Below, one piece after another: positions 9,410 to 19,079 of a DNA stretch of 64,000 bases. The position numbers and the translations under genes were made by a program. Position 1 is the stretch's first letter. Every line of letters starts with the position of its first letter. Origin of the DNA: Planctomycetota bacterium (GTDB lineage Bacteria > Planctomycetota > UBA11346); NCBI GenBank assembly GCA_038231435.1, contig JBBRLJ010000007.1:1-64000 (forward strand), read 5' to 3'. The notes beneath the pieces were generated by a model that saw only the letters and a program-made list of their open reading frames with translations, made no database searches and was not told the DNA's origin.

Positions 9410-10225
9410 CTAGTCGATGGACCACCACGCTCTGCCGTTGGTCCAACTCGAAGCGCGCATCGGCGTGGAGACGGGCACAGAAGTTCCGGCTCCCATGCCC
9501 CGGATCAGTGCGCTGCCTTCGGTATGCCCGTCAGCGAACATGATGTTGGCCTTGCCGAGATGGCAGTAGCGCACGCCCCTCGCGCCGATGCCGCGGTACG
9601 GCACTGTTCCCAGGCCATCGTCCGACCACGCCTCGGACATGTAGTAGCAACCATCCCAGAAGGCCATGAGCTCGCTGGTGTGCTGCATGCGGTTGAGCTT
9701 CATGGAGAAGAACCGGGAGGCCCATGGCACGTACCACGGCATCGAGAGGTCGCCCCAGCCGTTGCCCGTGTAGCTGGTATATTCCTCGCCACCCGCGGTG
9801 CCCATCTGCCACGTCTGCTTGCGGTTCTCCGGGCAGCGGAAGATGCCCAACCTGGATTTCGTCGCGCAGGGCTCCTGCTGATTGCCGAATGGGTAGTTGC
9901 CGACGCGGCACTTCATGTACACCGCGACCGTCTGCCCCCAATTCTCACCCCACGCATTCACGTTGACGCTCCCTCCACCGTCGTAGGAGAGGTTCCACGG
10001 GGTGGTCTCGCTCCATTCCTCGCTGTAGGCAGAGATGCCGAGATAGATCTGGCGCATGTTCGATTTGCAGACCACCGCGCGCGCGGTGCCGAGCATCATG
10101 TTGGCCGTGGGCGTGAGCAGGGCGATGAGCAGGCAGAGGATGGTGATCACGATCAGCAGCTCGGTGAGCGTGAAGCCCAGCCGTGCTGCGGAAGTGTCGG
10201 CGACGCGAGGGGGGGTCATCGACAT
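9410..10225 (-). CDS. Prepilin-type N-terminal cleavage/methylation protein with H-X9-DG motif (DUF1559-like)
   Basis: G|FTLTELLIVITILCLLIALL, ARAVVCKSNMRQI, FRCP, C-terminal HLGKANIMFADGH. Confidence 0.9.
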   Translation of the reverse strand: MSMTPPRVADTSAARLGFTLTELLIVITILCLLIALLTPTANMMLGTARAVVCKSNMRQIYLGISAYSEEWSETTPWNLSYDGGGSVNVNAWGENWGQTVAVYMKCRVGNYPFGNQQEPCATKSRLGIFRCPENRKQTWQMGTAGGEEYTSYTGNGWGDLSMPWYVPWASRFFSMKLNRMQHTSELMAFWDGCYYMSEAWSDDGLGTVPYRGIGARGVRYCHLGKANIMFADGHTEGSALIRGMGAGTSVPVSTPMRASSWTNGRAWWSID

Positions 10226-10293
10226 GGTCGCTCCAATCCGTGCTGGCGGTCTCGAGTGGGGGCAGCGGATAGCCTGTTCGTTGGCGTTGCAAT

Positions 10294-10307
10294 GTCAACC
10301 GGTAGCA
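10294..10307. promoter_or_regulatory. LacI-type operator copy 1 (GTCAACCGGTAGCA)
   Basis: Matches the palindromic consensus TGCWACCGGTWGCA. Lies in the divergent prepilin/LacI intergenic region. Confidence 0.65.
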
Positions 10308-10358
10308 TTACGCATAAAACAGTAATTTATGGGTGACAAGGGCAGCTCGGAACATCAT

Positions 10359-10372
10359 TACAACCGGTTGCA
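10359..10372. promoter_or_regulatory. LacI-type operator copy 2 (TACAACCGGTTGCA)
   Basis: Near-perfect palindrome 30 bp upstream of the LacI gene. Confidence 0.7.
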
Positions 10373-10402
10373 CGATCCCGCCCTGGGACAAGATGCGGTG
10401 CC

Positions 10403-11464
10403 ATGAGCGCATCGAAAGTCGTCAGCCTGCAGGACGTCGCCGACCTGGTGGGCGTCCACAAGACCACGGTGCACCGTGCATTGCGCGGAGACCCGCGGGT
10501 GGAATCGGGGACCACCGCCCGCATCTGCGAGGCGGCGAGCAAGCTCGGCTACGATCCCGACGCCAACCAGGCCGCTCACCGGCTGGCGTTGCGCAAAACC
10601 GGCAAGACCGAGCCCAGCCAACTGGTGGCGCTGTTCTTCCCGGTGGTGTTCTCGAAGTCCCCATATTTCCTCCGCCAGTTCGTGGGCTTCATGGAAGTGC
10701 TGAGCGACGCTGGCTACGATGTGCTGACTCGGATCCTCGACCGCATGGCCGACCGGCGCCTACCCATGGCCGTCAGCCGCGGTGATGTCGACGCCGTGGT
10801 CGCGCTCGCGGACCCGGACTGGCTGCTCAAGCAGCAGGCGATCCTGTCCGGCATGCAGCCGTCCCTCCGCCGGCCTTTCATCACGCTCATCAATTCGACC
10901 ACCGGAGCATGGACAGTGACCGCTGATTTCAGGCAAGGCGGGCGATCGAGCATCGCTCATCTGCTCGATCTCGGGCACCGCCGCATCATCACCATCTCGA
11001 ACATGGCGCACGGTTCCGAGGAGCGCATGCGTGGGTATCGCGACGAACTCGCGGCGCGTGGCCTCGATGAAGCGCGTCACCTGATCGCCATAGATTGCGA
11101 CAACGCGATCTCCGATTGGCGCGAGAAGGTGGCGGATGCCCTCGATCGTCTCATCGGCGCCGCTCCCGATGCCACCGCCTTCTTGGCTCCGAACGACCAA
11201 CTCGCCATGGTGTCGATCGCGCTGTTCGCCGAACGTGGCCGGCGCGTGCCCGAGGACATGAGCCTGATGGGGTTCGACGACACCGAGTCGAATCCAGGTG
11301 CGAACCACGAGGGCATCCTCAGCACGATCGCACTGCCCCTCGAGCAGATCGGGCGCGAGGCGGCGCGCATGGCGCTCTCGCCTGGAGACTCCCCCCGCAC
11401 CATGGTCTTGCCAGTCGGTCTGCGGGTGCGCGCCACCACCTCGTCCGCGAAGCGATCGATCTAG
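10403..11464 (+). CDS. LacI-family transcriptional regulator
   Basis: HTH VSLQDVADLVGVHKTTVHRALRG, LGYDP hinge, HLLDLGHRRI, NDQLA, VPEDMSLMGFDD. Confidence 0.93.
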   Translation: MSASKVVSLQDVADLVGVHKTTVHRALRGDPRVESGTTARICEAASKLGYDPDANQAAHRLALRKTGKTEPSQLVALFFPVVFSKSPYFLRQFVGFMEVLSDAGYDVLTRILDRMADRRLPMAVSRGDVDAVVALADPDWLLKQQAILSGMQPSLRRPFITLINSTTGAWTVTADFRQGGRSSIAHLLDLGHRRIITISNMAHGSEERMRGYRDELAARGLDEARHLIAIDCDNAISDWREKVADALDRLIGAAPDATAFLAPNDQLAMVSIALFAERGRRVPEDMSLMGFDDTESNPGANHEGILSTIALPLEQIGREAARMALSPGDSPRTMVLPVGLRVRATTSSAKRSI

Positions 11465-11504
11465 ACGGACCGCGAGGAGCGGCGGCCGAGGCTGCTTGTT
11501 TTGA

Positions 11505-11518
11505 TGCTACCGGTTGTA
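11505..11518. promoter_or_regulatory. LacI-type operator copy 3 (TGCTACCGGTTGTA)
   Basis: Consensus match upstream of the 11634 gene, in an AT-rich promoter-like context. Confidence 0.7.
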
Positions 11519-11633
11519 TTATGCATTTTGTGACAGCATATCACCGAGCCAGCGCTGCCGGTGGCGCCACATCACCGCTCGCGACGAGAGCGAGCCCGCG
11601 ACGCGACGGCGAATCATCGCACGGAGCATGGTC

Positions 11634-13946
11634 ATGAACGCCCCGACTCCGAACCCGATCCCGACCACCTCGTCGCGACCGGAGCCCGCGCGCCCCGCCG
11701 CCCGTGATCACGATCAGAGCATGGGATTCTGGCTCAACGAGCCCGCCATCCTGGATCCCGGACGCGTCGTGACCGCCATGCGTGAACTGGCCGAGGCCGG
11801 ATATGGCATCGTGAGGGTGGTCCTGCGTCAGACGAATTTCTGCCATCGCTCCCCCGAGGTGGTGGCAGCCATGGCGGTCGCAGTGCGGTCGGCGCACGAA
11901 CACGGCATGCGGCTGGTCCTGGACTGCGAGCCGCATGGCCTGGTGGCGCGCGAAGTCGGGCGCGACTATCCATCGGCCATCGGCCAGCGCATCCATCGCG
12001 GCGAAGGGCCGATCAGAAATGGCCTGTTCCGGGTCGATCTCCAGCTCGACGCCATGGACGGCCTGATCTTCGACCACATCGCCTGCGCCGCTCTCTCGGG
12101 TGCGCTCCCGACGCGTGGCATCCCGGTTCCGGCATGCGATCTGACCTGGGAAACCACCATGTCGGGGGACGGGATCGCCGACAGCCGACAGGATTACGTG
12201 GCCGGTCGATCCTTCCGTCCGCGACGCCACGTGCGTCTCTCGGGCAGCGTTCCCGGCGCGGCTGACGGCCGCATCATCCTCTACGCCTGCTTCAGAGAGA
12301 TCTCCCTGATCGATTTCGCAGCGCCTGAGACGCGGCGCTGGTATGTCGAACTGCTCGATGCGTACCGTGGCGTGCCGCTCGACGGCGTGTGCTGGGATGA
12401 GCCCGCGGTGGGCGGAGATTGGCGGAGTTATCGCTCGGGAACGGCGTTCGCCAAGCGCTTCGCGGATCTCAATGGCTATTCCCTGGGCGATCGCCTGTAC
12501 CTGATGGACGAGCCGGGACTGCGGTCCGAATCGGTCCGCGTCCGCCTCGACTACTACCGCACGCTGAACGAGACCTTGGCCGAAGCACAGGCGGAACTCA
12601 ATGCGGCGGCGCGCGAGCGCTTCGGCCCCGATATCCTGCTCGGCAACCACCACACGTGGCAAGGCGAGGGCGGGATCAACGACTACCGCGCCGGCGCGGT
12701 GGATTATTTCCATCTGAACGATGCCATGGATGCGGGCTACACCGACTGCTGCTGGTGGGATCCCGCCTCGGTCGCCTACAGCTACGCGCTGTGCTCGTCC
12801 CTCGGCCGCCTGACGCCATCCGGCCGGTCTGAATGCAATTCGTGGCACTGGAAGCCGACGAATCGCGCGACCCGATACCATTCACGATTGATGAGCCTGA
12901 TGCGCATCTCGTGGTTCAACATCTGGTACGGCGACGACGGCGACACGTGCATGTTCCCACGACATTACACCTGGGCCACGGCGGCCGAGTGCGCGCGCCG
13001 CCATCGGCGCTGGCTGATGCATCTCGGCGGCGCGCGGCCGGTGGTCGCGGTCGCGGTGCTCCACGACTGGCAGGGCATATGCGGCACCAACCTGGCCCAT
13101 GCCGCCAATCTGCACAAGGCCTTCTGCATGAACGTGTCAGAGCGGGCGCTCGCGGCGAATCTGGCGTTCGATTTCGTCGATGCGCGGCTGGTCGCGGACG
13201 CGCGAATCGAAGGCGACTGCCTCGTGACCCGGCTCGGGCGATACGCCGTCCTGGTGGTGCCGGGCGCCGCGGTGATCGGACGCGCTGCATGGGAGCGCAT
13301 CCTGGCGTTCGCGAACGCCGGAGGGGCCGTCATCTTCGCCGGGCCGCCGCCGACGCTCGATGATCGCGGCGAGGATCTGACTTCGGCGTTCGCTGGACTC
13401 GTCGGGATCGACCCGATCCATGCCTGCGCCTACGATGGCTGGTACCAAGACGCCTGTCCCGAACTGCCGCAATCACGCCCTGAGCGCTTCGATCTGGCCT
13501 TCCCCGTTGCCGCGGATCGGAGCCGCGTCATCCGCTCGAGCGAGGGAGATGTCTGCGGAGTGGCCGCGCTGCACGGGGCCACGGTGTGGTTTACGGGATA
13601 CGAAGCGTCCGAGGCAGTCGTCGAGCATTGCCTGCGCCGGTCGCGGTCCGAGGTGTCCTGCCACTCGTCAACCATCCTGTGGCGGCTCTACCGCGACGAC
13701 CAGCGCACCCTGTTGATGTTGGTGGCGAAAGAGGACACCGATCTGTCGGGCATCATCCAGGTCTCGGGACATTGCCTGCGCTTCGATGGCGGAGAGAGCG
13801 CGTGCGTGGTCATCCCCCATGTCGGGGAGATGTCGATCCACAGCGAGGATGCTGCCATGCGCTGCGTGCGGCTCGCCGTCTCTGAGTCCGCCGACGTGAA
13901 AGCCGTCGACTGGCATCGCCCGGACGCTCACGCCGCCAGTGGCTGA
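11634..13946 (+). CDS. Putative glycoside hydrolase (TIM barrel, GH106/GH42-like, with C-terminal beta-galactosidase-trimerisation-like domain)
   Basis: ~770 aa. GFW, DGVCWDEP, RLDYYRTL, VAVLH...FDFVD...RYAVLVVPG...FANAGGAVIFAG. GGAG RBS before the ATG at 11634. Confidence 0.65.
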   Translation: MNAPTPNPIPTTSSRPEPARPAARDHDQSMGFWLNEPAILDPGRVVTAMRELAEAGYGIVRVVLRQTNFCHRSPEVVAAMAVAVRSAHEHGMRLVLDCEPHGLVAREVGRDYPSAIGQRIHRGEGPIRNGLFRVDLQLDAMDGLIFDHIACAALSGALPTRGIPVPACDLTWETTMSGDGIADSRQDYVAGRSFRPRRHVRLSGSVPGAADGRIILYACFREISLIDFAAPETRRWYVELLDAYRGVPLDGVCWDEPAVGGDWRSYRSGTAFAKRFADLNGYSLGDRLYLMDEPGLRSESVRVRLDYYRTLNETLAEAQAELNAAARERFGPDILLGNHHTWQGEGGINDYRAGAVDYFHLNDAMDAGYTDCCWWDPASVAYSYALCSSLGRLTPSGRSECNSWHWKPTNRATRYHSRLMSLMRISWFNIWYGDDGDTCMFPRHYTWATAAECARRHRRWLMHLGGARPVVAVAVLHDWQGICGTNLAHAANLHKAFCMNVSERALAANLAFDFVDARLVADARIEGDCLVTRLGRYAVLVVPGAAVIGRAAWERILAFANAGGAVIFAGPPPTLDDRGEDLTSAFAGLVGIDPIHACAYDGWYQDACPELPQSRPERFDLAFPVAADRSRVIRSSEGDVCGVAALHGATVWFTGYEASEAVVEHCLRRSRSEVSCHSSTILWRLYRDDQRTLLMLVAKEDTDLSGIIQVSGHCLRFDGGESACVVIPHVGEMSIHSEDAAMRCVRLAVSESADVKAVDWHRPDAHAASG

Positions 13947-14140
13947 CGAGCACCCCCAGGGTGCACGGGCTCCACAACCGCATCGGATCGATGACCTCCG
14001 CTACCGCCTGTGAGCCCTGGCCCCCATCGGGGATTGTCCAGTGTCCACTCGCCGCGACGGCGCGTCGGCGTGGCGCCGGAACGTTAACCCGCCGCCAGAC
14101 AAGCGACTAGGGCGTGCGAGACAGTTGCGGAACTTTATCA

Positions 14141-14154
14141 TGCCACCGGTTGCA
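14141..14154. promoter_or_regulatory. LacI-type operator copy 4 (TGCCACCGGTTGCA)
   Basis: 35 bp upstream of the pseudopilin cassette, in AT-rich DNA. Confidence 0.7.
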
Positions 14155-14189
14155 TACAGATAATATACGCTAATTTATCATTAGCGCCC

Positions 14190-14783
14190 ATGCACTACCC
14201 CACCTCCAGCAACGCATCATCCCTCCAGGCCGACGCTCCGCGTACGGGATTCAGCCTCATCGAGATGCTGATCGTCATGGGGGTCATCGTCACCCTGATG
14301 GGAGTGCTGCTGGTGGTCGTCAAGCAGATACGCGATGCGTCGGCGAAAACCGCGACGTCCGCGCTGGTGCAACGGGTCAAGGTGGCGATGGACACCTATC
14401 TGATGGAGAAGGCATGCCTGCCCCCGATCGCCGCGGGAGACCTCCTGAGCACGCATGCGAGCGCCGGCTCGGCTCCGCTGACGCTCGACCTGCTCGCCGG
14501 GGTCGGGCTGCAGTGGAACGGAGAACATCTCTGCGATCCGGAGGTGGCCTCACCCAGATACCTGCAAGATCGCTGGGGACGGCCGATCCATTACGCGGCC
14601 GATCAGGTGATCGGTGGCGCGATGGTGATCAATCGCCCGCTGGCGGCGGCCGATTGGAATGGCCGTGACTCCGTGCCCTTTGCCTACATCTGGTCGATCG
14701 GGGCCCCGACGAGGAACGGCGATGTCTGGGATGCCGATCCGACCACCAATGCGCGCGGCTGGATCTATCCCCGGTCCCAGTGA
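14190..14783 (+). CDS. Type IV pilin / T2SS pseudopilin-like protein (GspG-like)
   Basis: G|FSLIEMLIVMGVIVTL, VKVAMDTY, DRWGRPIHY, IWSIG. Confidence 0.85.
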   Translation: MHYPTSSNASSLQADAPRTGFSLIEMLIVMGVIVTLMGVLLVVVKQIRDASAKTATSALVQRVKVAMDTYLMEKACLPPIAAGDLLSTHASAGSAPLTLDLLAGVGLQWNGEHLCDPEVASPRYLQDRWGRPIHYAADQVIGGAMVINRPLAAADWNGRDSVPFAYIWSIGAPTRNGDVWDADPTTNARGWIYPRSQ

Positions 14784-14829
14784 CCGACCTGACCTCATCA
14801 GCTCATCTCATACACGTGGAGCCATCGCC

Positions 14830-15558
14830 ATGATCGACAACACCTTTTTCCTTCGCGAGTCCCTTCGCGAGCGTGCCAGGACAAGGCAGGCCGCGATCGG
14901 GCGTCGCGCCTTCACCTCGGTCGAGATGCTCGTCGTCATGTTCGGCATCGTCCTGATGATGGGGGGGACGGTCCCCGGCATCTGCAGCGCGTTGAAGCGG
15001 TACAACGAGAACTCGACCGTGAGCGTTTTCCAGGCAGTCCATGGGTCATGTCTGAGCAATGCCCGCCAATTCGGCAGCGCTTGCCTGATCTACGGCTACA
15101 CGCTCGACTACAACGACGTATCGGTGATTCCCGGACGGAATACCGCGACGTCCATCATCCCGTGGATCATCTCGGAGAGCAACGCGCCGCAGTACCAATC
15201 GGATCTCGACCTGCGCTCCGAGATAGGCCACTCCACGCTGTGGAATGGCGACCGCATCGAATTCGAGGATGCGGTGCGGCCGAGCGTCCAGGTGATCAAG
15301 AACGGTGCCGCGGTCTCGACCACCACCGATCGCTACCTGCACGTCGCGTTCGAGCCGCGCTCGGGCTTCATCCATGTGATGATGGGCAACTCCCCGACGC
15401 CGGCGTTCACGGCCTACGGCGCCGGCGGCATTACCGGATCCGCCTCGATCCCCGACGATCTGGTCATCGAACTCTGGCATCTGCTGGCGAACTCGGCAAG
15501 CAGATCGACGCGCATCCTGGTCAGGCCGACGGGGGTGATCGATGTACGCTCGCCGTGA
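14830..15558 (+). CDS. Pseudopilin-like protein (GspH/FimT-like)
   Basis: A|FTSVEMLVVMFGIVLMM, C-terminal ILVRPTG. Confidence 0.75.
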   Translation: MIDNTFFLRESLRERARTRQAAIGRRAFTSVEMLVVMFGIVLMMGGTVPGICSALKRYNENSTVSVFQAVHGSCLSNARQFGSACLIYGYTLDYNDVSVIPGRNTATSIIPWIISESNAPQYQSDLDLRSEIGHSTLWNGDRIEFEDAVRPSVQVIKNGAAVSTTTDRYLHVAFEPRSGFIHVMMGNSPTPAFTAYGAGGITGSASIPDDLVIELWHLLANSASRSTRILVRPTGVIDVRSP

Positions 15559-16162
15559 TGCCCGCAACGATGCCGGCTTTTCGCTGATCGAGGTGCTGGC
15601 TTCGATCACGATCTTCACGCTGACCTTCCTCGCCGGGACCGCCGGCATCGCCCGGCTCCTGGTCACCCAGAACCACAACTACCAGCACACCGTCGCCGGC
15701 GCCGCCGCGATGCTGCTGGCCGACTGGCACGTCAAGAGATGCGTCAGCCAGTCGCCCGCCATGCAGGATTTCATCGCCAACACCACCACGGCACCCAACC
15801 AGATCCTGGTCGAGCGGCTGAGCGTCCAGGCCACACCTTGGGACAATGTGAAGTTCCATGGCGGCGACTTCGTGGCCACCGGCGCGAACGCCGATCGCGT
15901 CTTCAGTTTCACTGCGGCATCGGTCACCGATGCCTTGGCCGGCTGTAGCATCGACGTCAGCGAATACCTGCCCTTGATGGTCACCGTCTCGCCGGCCTCC
16001 ACCTCCGAATCCGACACCAGCATGACATTCCGCGAGGTGTCCTTCTGGTATCTCCCCGAACGGAACCTCGCCGATGCGATCGCTGGCATCTACACCGTCG
16101 CCCGCCCGACGGTGGCTACGTTCGTCGGCCGCTACCTCATCCCAGATGCGTATTCGCCATGA
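15542..16162 (+). CDS. Pseudopilin-like protein (GspI/PilV-like)
   Basis: G|FSLIEVLASITIFTLTFL. Overlaps the previous gene. Confidence 0.8.
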   Translation: MYARRDARNDAGFSLIEVLASITIFTLTFLAGTAGIARLLVTQNHNYQHTVAGAAAMLLADWHVKRCVSQSPAMQDFIANTTTAPNQILVERLSVQATPWDNVKFHGGDFVATGANADRVFSFTAASVTDALAGCSIDVSEYLPLMVTVSPASTSESDTSMTFREVSFWYLPERNLADAIAGIYTVARPTVATFVGRYLIPDAYSP

Positions 16163-16536
16163 TCGCGCGCCACTCCGTCTGCCGAACCGCCGCCTTCACC
16201 TTGACCGAGTTCCTGGTGGCGTTGGGCATCGGCATCTTCGTGATCAATGTCGCCATCTATGCGTTCATGTACGATCAGAAGCTCATCAACAAGATCGAGG
16301 TCATCGGCGCCAAGAACGATGTCGCGGCGAGCATGGTGCTGTGGACGATCTCAAAGCAGTATTCCGGCACGAGCTACCCCGCGGGTCCGCAGTTCCGCCA
16401 GATCGGCGCGGCGGCGCTGACCTATGTGGGTTCCGACCAGTATTTCCTGCTCCAGATCCAGGACTGGTCGAAGAATCTCGGCCCCAATCCGCCATACACC
16501 GTCGGCAAGCTGACCATCCCGGTGACGGAACACTGA
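16159..16536 (+). CDS. Short pseudopilin-like protein (GspJ/PilW-like)
   Basis: A|FTLTEFLVALGIGIFVI. ATGA overlap with the previous gene. Confidence 0.8.
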   Translation: MIARHSVCRTAAFTLTEFLVALGIGIFVINVAIYAFMYDQKLINKIEVIGAKNDVAASMVLWTISKQYSGTSYPAGPQFRQIGAAALTYVGSDQYFLLQIQDWSKNLGPNPPYTVGKLTIPVTEH

Positions 16537-16538
16537 TC

Positions 16539-17090
16539 ATGCGTGCGCGCTCCCATCCCATGTCACGCGGATGCTCCAGGTCGGGCTCGACGCTCATCGT
16601 CGTCATCGGCCTGTCGAGCCTGCTGATGTGCCTGATCGCGGCCGTTTCCTTCAGGGTGCGAGGAACGCTGATCAATGTGCGTGACTTCGAGCGCGTGATC
16701 CAATCCCACATCATGCTGCAGTCGTCGAAGCTCTACATCCAGGGGCGCAGCAATGGCGGCGGCCTCGGGGCGGGCGTCTCGGTCACCGGAGGCGATCAGC
16801 TCGATCTGCCCGCGAAGGGCAAGCCGCTCGGCAGCAGGCTCGGCTGGTTCCATATCAAGCCCGAGGCCAACAATCCCTCGTCCAACTTCGACATCATCGC
16901 CACCGGTGGTTCCGCCGGCGACGGGGGCTTGAAGAGCGGTGGCGGAGCGATCTCGGCGGGGGACCCGGTGCGCAACGCCTACGAGCTGCGCTGCCACTAC
17001 TCGATCACCTTCGACTCGGCCGCGGTGGCCGGGCAGAGGTTCACCATCCGCCAGCTGGACGTGCTTCCCAACAGCCTCTATCCGTGGTGA
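16539..17090 (+). CDS. Atypical pseudopilin (GspK/PilX-like, lacking Glu+5)
   Basis: G|STLIVVIGLSSLLMCLIA. Starts 2 bp after the previous stop. Last gene of the cassette. Confidence 0.72.
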   Translation: MRARSHPMSRGCSRSGSTLIVVIGLSSLLMCLIAAVSFRVRGTLINVRDFERVIQSHIMLQSSKLYIQGRSNGGGLGAGVSVTGGDQLDLPAKGKPLGSRLGWFHIKPEANNPSSNFDIIATGGSAGDGGLKSGGGAISAGDPVRNAYELRCHYSITFDSAAVAGQRFTIRQLDVLPNSLYPW

Positions 17091-17172
17091 GCGCCTCGCC
17101 GGCCCGGTCGCGTGGAAGCACGAGGATTCCGGGCCGCTGCGGGCTGATTCCGGGCCAATGCCCGCGGCGCCG

Positions 17173-18948
17173 TCAAGGTCCGCCACCGTAGGCATGCCAG
17201 ATGGCGGAGATCTCCGCGAGATCGGCCGCGCGTATCTCGGCGAGTGTTCCATCGGCCCCCGGTGTCGACAGATGGGTCAGGGAATAGAGCGAAGGCACGC
17301 CGATCCGCGGCTGGAAGCGCATGTAGTCCAGCCATCCAGCTCGGTCCATGAACGGATCGTTGTCGGTATCGAGCGCCCAGCGCGGGTTCGCGATGCGCGC
17401 CATGCGCGCGCGGAATTCCATCATCGGACTCACGTCGACCTTGGTCGAGAAGATGTCGTTCAGACGCAGGTAGTCGGTGACGTCGGCGAAATAGGGGTTC
17501 GCGCAGTGCGTCTCGAGCACGGTGTCGGCCTTGGCGGCATGCATCGACGCGTGGATCAGGCCGACATAGTCCTTGAGCAGCTCCATGCCCCAAGGCCCCG
17601 GGACGGCCGGCCTGTAGCCCGCGCCGCGCACGATGTCTCCGGTGAAATCGAGCTTGAAGCCGTCGGCGTTCAAGCCGTCGGGAGACACGCAGTGCGCGAC
17701 CGCCTCGCTCAGCCGACGGCGGAATTCCGGGTTGGTCGGGTCACAGGCATCCTTCAGACCCTCGGCGTGGGGCATGCGCAACGTCTCGTCGAGACCTCCT
17801 GGATTCCACGTCGCCAGCCACAGCAGCACCTTGCGGCCGCGGGCGTGCTGCGTCGCGATGAATCCAGCCAGATCCGGCCACATCCTGGGATCGACGCGAG
17901 GCATGGTCATGGCCTCGCTCCAGCCCATGTCGATCGTCAGCACGCCGAACGGCAGATCATGGCGGTCGGCGAGCTCGACGATCGCCTCGTATGCGGATTG
18001 CGATGCGTAGCCGCCGGCACCGGAGGTGATGGGTGATCCCAGCGGCATCTGGTTTCCGTGCTCGTGAAGATGCGCCCACGCCACCTGCTGTCCCCAGCCG
18101 CAGAGCATCGGTCGGCGGCACCAGTCCGGCGTGCGATTGCCGACGCGGGGAACGCAGCCCGAGGCCGAGAGATGGGCGACGTAGTCGACCAGGCCGGCCT
18201 CGGCGTTCTCACAAGGCGCGATGCGTAGCGCCGGGGATTCCCAGTCGCCAGCGACGGACGTCATGCCGTCGTAGTGCAGCTCCAATCCCCAGCCCGAGCC
18301 GATGGTGTAATCCAGGTGGGTGAAGCGGTTCTGCCCTGGCGCCGCGACGATGCCCAGGCACCAGGCATCGTCGAACACGTAGGCGTACAGGGGCGGAGCG
18401 AAGAAGGTGTTGAACAGCTCGGGACCGAAGGTGGTTGCGCAGGTCACGCGTTGCGGAAGTGCGGAATCGCAGACCTGCTCGCCGTAGGAGTTCGGCTGCG
18501 GATTCATCACCTGCCGGTGCGACAGCGGCGATCCCGTCCACGAGCGCGACCATGGGCGGCGCGCCCAGGTCAGGTAGCGCATGGTGGCTGCGGGCTCGTC
18601 GACCACCGATTCGGCGAATCCGGCGCCGAACGTCACGCGATCGATGGCGCCGTGACCCTGGATGCGCAGGCGCACGTGAATGTCATCGGCACCGACATCG
18701 ACGATGAGGAGCTTGGTGTCCCAGATGCCCTGTGTCGCGCGGATCGCGCGGAAGGTGAGACGGTCGCCATCGGCATGGGCGCTGCGCGAGGCGAGTTCCC
18801 AGGCGGTGCCCGTGTCGATACGATCCGGACGGTTCACCGCTCCCTGCACTGCCAGAGTCAGCGTGTGGCCACCCGACGTGATGGCGAGGACGCCGCGCGC
18901 GGAATCGTGGCAGAAGCTGAATCCGGCGCGGGCAATGGTGATCGACAT
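17173..18948 (-). CDS. Clan GH-D-like glycosidase (GH36/GH31/GH27-type TIM barrel)
   Basis: CGWG, LTIDMGW, DPTNP, DGFKLDF (nucleophile motif), LRLND. Confidence 0.78.
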   Translation of the reverse strand: MSITIARAGFSFCHDSARGVLAITSGGHTLTLAVQGAVNRPDRIDTGTAWELASRSAHADGDRLTFRAIRATQGIWDTKLLIVDVGADDIHVRLRIQGHGAIDRVTFGAGFAESVVDEPAATMRYLTWARRPWSRSWTGSPLSHRQVMNPQPNSYGEQVCDSALPQRVTCATTFGPELFNTFFAPPLYAYVFDDAWCLGIVAAPGQNRFTHLDYTIGSGWGLELHYDGMTSVAGDWESPALRIAPCENAEAGLVDYVAHLSASGCVPRVGNRTPDWCRRPMLCGWGQQVAWAHLHEHGNQMPLGSPITSGAGGYASQSAYEAIVELADRHDLPFGVLTIDMGWSEAMTMPRVDPRMWPDLAGFIATQHARGRKVLLWLATWNPGGLDETLRMPHAEGLKDACDPTNPEFRRRLSEAVAHCVSPDGLNADGFKLDFTGDIVRGAGYRPAVPGPWGMELLKDYVGLIHASMHAAKADTVLETHCANPYFADVTDYLRLNDIFSTKVDVSPMMEFRARMARIANPRWALDTDNDPFMDRAGWLDYMRFQPRIGVPSLYSLTHLSTPGADGTLAEIRAADLAEISAIWHAYGGGP

Positions 18949-18970
18949 GGAAAACGATTCCTTGTCAGTA

Positions 18971-18984
18971 AACTACCGGTTGAA
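18971..18984. promoter_or_regulatory. LacI-type operator copy 5 (AACTACCGGTTGAA)
   Basis: Core CTACCGGTTG between two divergent glycosidase genes. Confidence 0.6.
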
Positions 18985-19079
18985 TCCACGGCCACAATGG
19001 ACGTGGACGCAACCACGCGTCTGCCACTGCCTGCTCACCCAGCGTATACTCCCGAAACCGCGACCCCGAGAACTCCGTC

